Below are positions 61,561 to 64,000 of a stretch of DNA of 64,000 bases, in pieces. Position numbers and translations under genes: made by a program. The stretch comes from Bryobacterales bacterium (GTDB lineage: Bacteria; Acidobacteriota; Terriglobia; Bryobacterales; UBA6623). The notes under the pieces were generated by a model. The model searched no databases. It was not told the DNA's origin and worked only from the letters and a program-made list of their open reading frames with translations. Location: NCBI GenBank assembly GCA_963422375.2, contig OY729428.2:160001-224000 (forward strand), read 5' to 3'. Within the stretch, counting starts at the first letter, position 1, and each line of letters opens with the position of its first letter.

Positions 61561-62524
61561 CAGATGAAACGCAATCGCGTGCAATGCCAGAAGGGACTCA
61601 GCCTGGGCAAGTTCCTGCAGCGCTACGGCAGCGAGGGGCAATGCGAGCGCGCCGTCTTCAACGCCCGCTGGCCGGACGGCTTCCGCTGTCCGGAGTGCGG
61701 CTCCCGCCGGCACTGCCGCATCCGCTCCCGCAAGCTCTGGCAGTGCCATGCCTGCCACCGCCGGACCTCCCTCGTCGCCTCGTCGCCGGCACGATCTTGG
61801 CCGCCACCCAGCTGCCGCTGACCGTCCGGTTGCTGGCGATCCACCTGCTGACGCAGGGCAAGCACGGCGTTTCGTCGCTGGAACTGGCGCGGCAGCCGGG
61901 CGTCAGCCGGAACACGGCTTGGAAGGTGCAGCGCAAGCTCCTGCAAGTGATGAAGGAGCGCGACGAGCGCGTGCCGCCGGGCGGCATCGTGCAGGTGGAC
62001 GACGCCTGCTGGGGCGGGGAGCGGAGCGGCGGCAAGCGCGGTCGCGGCGCGGCGGGCAAGACGCCGTTCGTGGCCGCCGTGCAGGTCACCGCCGCCGGCC
62101 AGCCGGCAAGGATGCGCCTGAGCAGCGTGGCGGGCTTGCGCAAGAAGACGCTGGCAGCGTGGGCCGGGCGGCACTTGCAGCCCGGCACGGAGGTGCATTC
62201 CGACGGCCCGGCCTGCTTGCGGGGCGTGGCCGGCGCCGGCTGCGAGCACGTGCCGACCGTCACCGCAGGCGGGCAGCGGAGCTGCGCGGATTCCCGCTTC
62301 TTCCGGGTCAACACCATGCTGGCGAACGTCAAGCAGTCCCTGGCGGGAACCTGCCATGCGCTCGACGGCAAGCACCTGCCGCGGTGCCTCGCCGAGTTCC
62401 GCTACCGCTTCAACCGCCGCTACGATCCGGAGGCGCTGGTCCCCCGCCTGCTCCACGCCTCCGTGCGCACCCCGCCCAGGCCGTACCGCCTCCTAACCTT
62501 GGCTGAGTCTTGTGGGTAATCAGG
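61561..62524 (+). mobile_element. IS1595-family element, type B copy 4; left end lost, frameshifted
   Basis: Right end GGCTGAGTCTTGTGGGTAATCAGG; an 8-bp duplication CCTCGTCG (61770-61785) shifts the frame; similarity to copy 2 starts 3 nt before the ATG. Confidence 0.92.
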
Positions 62525-62579
62525 AACACCTATTGACCTACGCGAACGGTCGCAGCTTGGCCTACAGCGAGCTAAACTA

Positions 62580-64000
62580 GTGCTTGTGACAAAACCCTGA
62601 TATTTTGGGGATTCTAGCTAATAGATCCTCACCAAATGATAGCTATGGAAGAAACAGGCTGCGCCAATTACCCGAACTCATTGCCTCATATTCCATTTTC
62701 ATTGTGAGGATACAGTTAGTTCTGTTCTAGTTGTACACTTTTCCTGAACCTTGTCTCTTCAAGGTTTCTATTCAGAGCAATCCAGATCGCTGCAGACTGC
62801 CTATGCAGCCAGCGGCAAGGGTCCCGTCTTGAGACGCTCCCTCTCTCTGTCGCGCACGATCTCTCTGTCGCGCACGATCCGGCCCACTCGATGCACGTTC
62901 GCCGCCAGGACCGCCAGCCCGATCATCCGCCCGAATCCCTCCGCTCCCCGGTCCGTCACCCTGTCCGGACCGCGGCACTCGAGATTGTTGATCGCGGACT
63001 CCACGGCCGGGTGCGCCTGCCTCGCTGCCGCGAATTCGGGCGCGCCTTCCGTCTCCTTCGCCGCCTTCGACAGCCTCCCCTTCCGCGGCATCGCGTGGCA
63101 CGACAGCAGTTCCCCCAAGCGCGTCCGGTTCGCCGGGCTGTGAAAGCCCTTGTCGAAGCTGCAGCTCGACAGCCCCGCGTACAGCCCCTGCGCCCCCTCG
63201 ACGATTCCCACCGCCACGTCCGCGTCGCTGCCCTTCCACGTCACTTCGTGATTCATCACGAATCGGTGCTCGCTTTCCACGATGCATACCGGAACGCCCG
63301 GCTCCACCGGAACCCCCGCTTTTCCTTTCACGCACCAGCGCGTGTGTTCCTCGAAGATCGAGAACACTTTCTCCTCGTGCGGGATCTTCTCCCCCCGCAG
63401 CACGCGCCGCTCCACCGGGTCCGCCAGGAGCTGCACGCACCCGAGGTAACTCCTTGCCGCTCCCAAGGTTCCCTCGTCTTCCCCGGCCCGCTCCAGGGCC
63501 GCCAGCGCACCCTCCGCCCGCTGCGCTATCTCCAGGGCCGCCTCCAGGTACGACCGCACCCTCTCCGGGTTGCCTTGCCTCCTCTTCGCCTGCCGCACCC
63601 GCTTGAATTCCTGCTTCAGCGTCTTCGGCAGCCGCGCGCTCTGCCGCCAACCCGCGATGCCGCGCCCCTTGCACAGCGGCGCAATAGAGCGAACCAGGCA
63701 GCGCAACGCGTCCCATAGGAGACTCACGTCCGTCGGGCAATGCACGTTCGTTTCCACCACGAACGAGTCGCACCGCGCCTTCAGCGGATCGCCTTCCTCG
63801 TACCCCGCCAGCGCGTGCCCCTCCTGCACGACCAGCTGATTGATTTCCGCGAGGAGGTCGGGCGTGAGAAGCTTCAGATTCCGGTTGACTGTCCGGTAGC
63901 TGAAGACCTGCTCGTCGAGCGTCGCGTTCAGACCGAGGAAGCGCCGGACGTCCGCGTGCTTGTTCGCCAGCTCCGTCACGCGGTCGCAGTCGCAATTCAA
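62580..64000 (-). mobile_element. ISNCY-type element, partial; transposase 62801-64000 runs off the window
   Basis: RCDSFVVETNVHCPTD, EKVFSIFEEHT..KGKA, SFDKGFHS, HPAVESAINNLE; candidate end GTGCTTGTGACAAAAC at 62580. Confidence 0.85.

Overview
GC-rich chromosomal segment. The gene content (DUF1501, Pro-rich Pal, secreted PHP-type hydrolase, paired amidohydrolases) suggests an Acidobacteriota-like diderm; this is inference. Housekeeping blocks are nuoA, aroE, uvrD/pcrA, tolQRAB-pal-cpoB-arsC, recN, cysQ-GAF-uxaA, tRNA-Met, lolA, a PsrA-like TetR-RND efflux operon, kdsA, an adk-like kinase, an SNF2 helicase, truB and waaF. Three IS-rich accessory zones interrupt them (about 2.3-9.2 kb, 21-31.7 kb and 60.9-64 kb). 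Many IS ends can be mapped exactly from their TIRs and TSDs: IS30, two IS1595 types, two ISNCY types, a 255-bp MITE, and IS1380 and ISAzo13 remnants. Removing them by hand reconstructs a shattered Xre/MbcA/ParS-type antitoxin and an ankyrin-repeat gene. lptB and nfo are truncated at IS ends. The best candidate for an undescribed system is an intact three-gene operon at 28335-30127 (TIGR04255-like protein, conserved hypothetical, small ADP-ribosyltransferase-like protein), a putative tripartite toxin/defence module. A second notable signal is strongly directional AT-to-GC decay plus micro-duplications seen in the IS copies. All family assignments come from motif recognition by eye; no database search was run.
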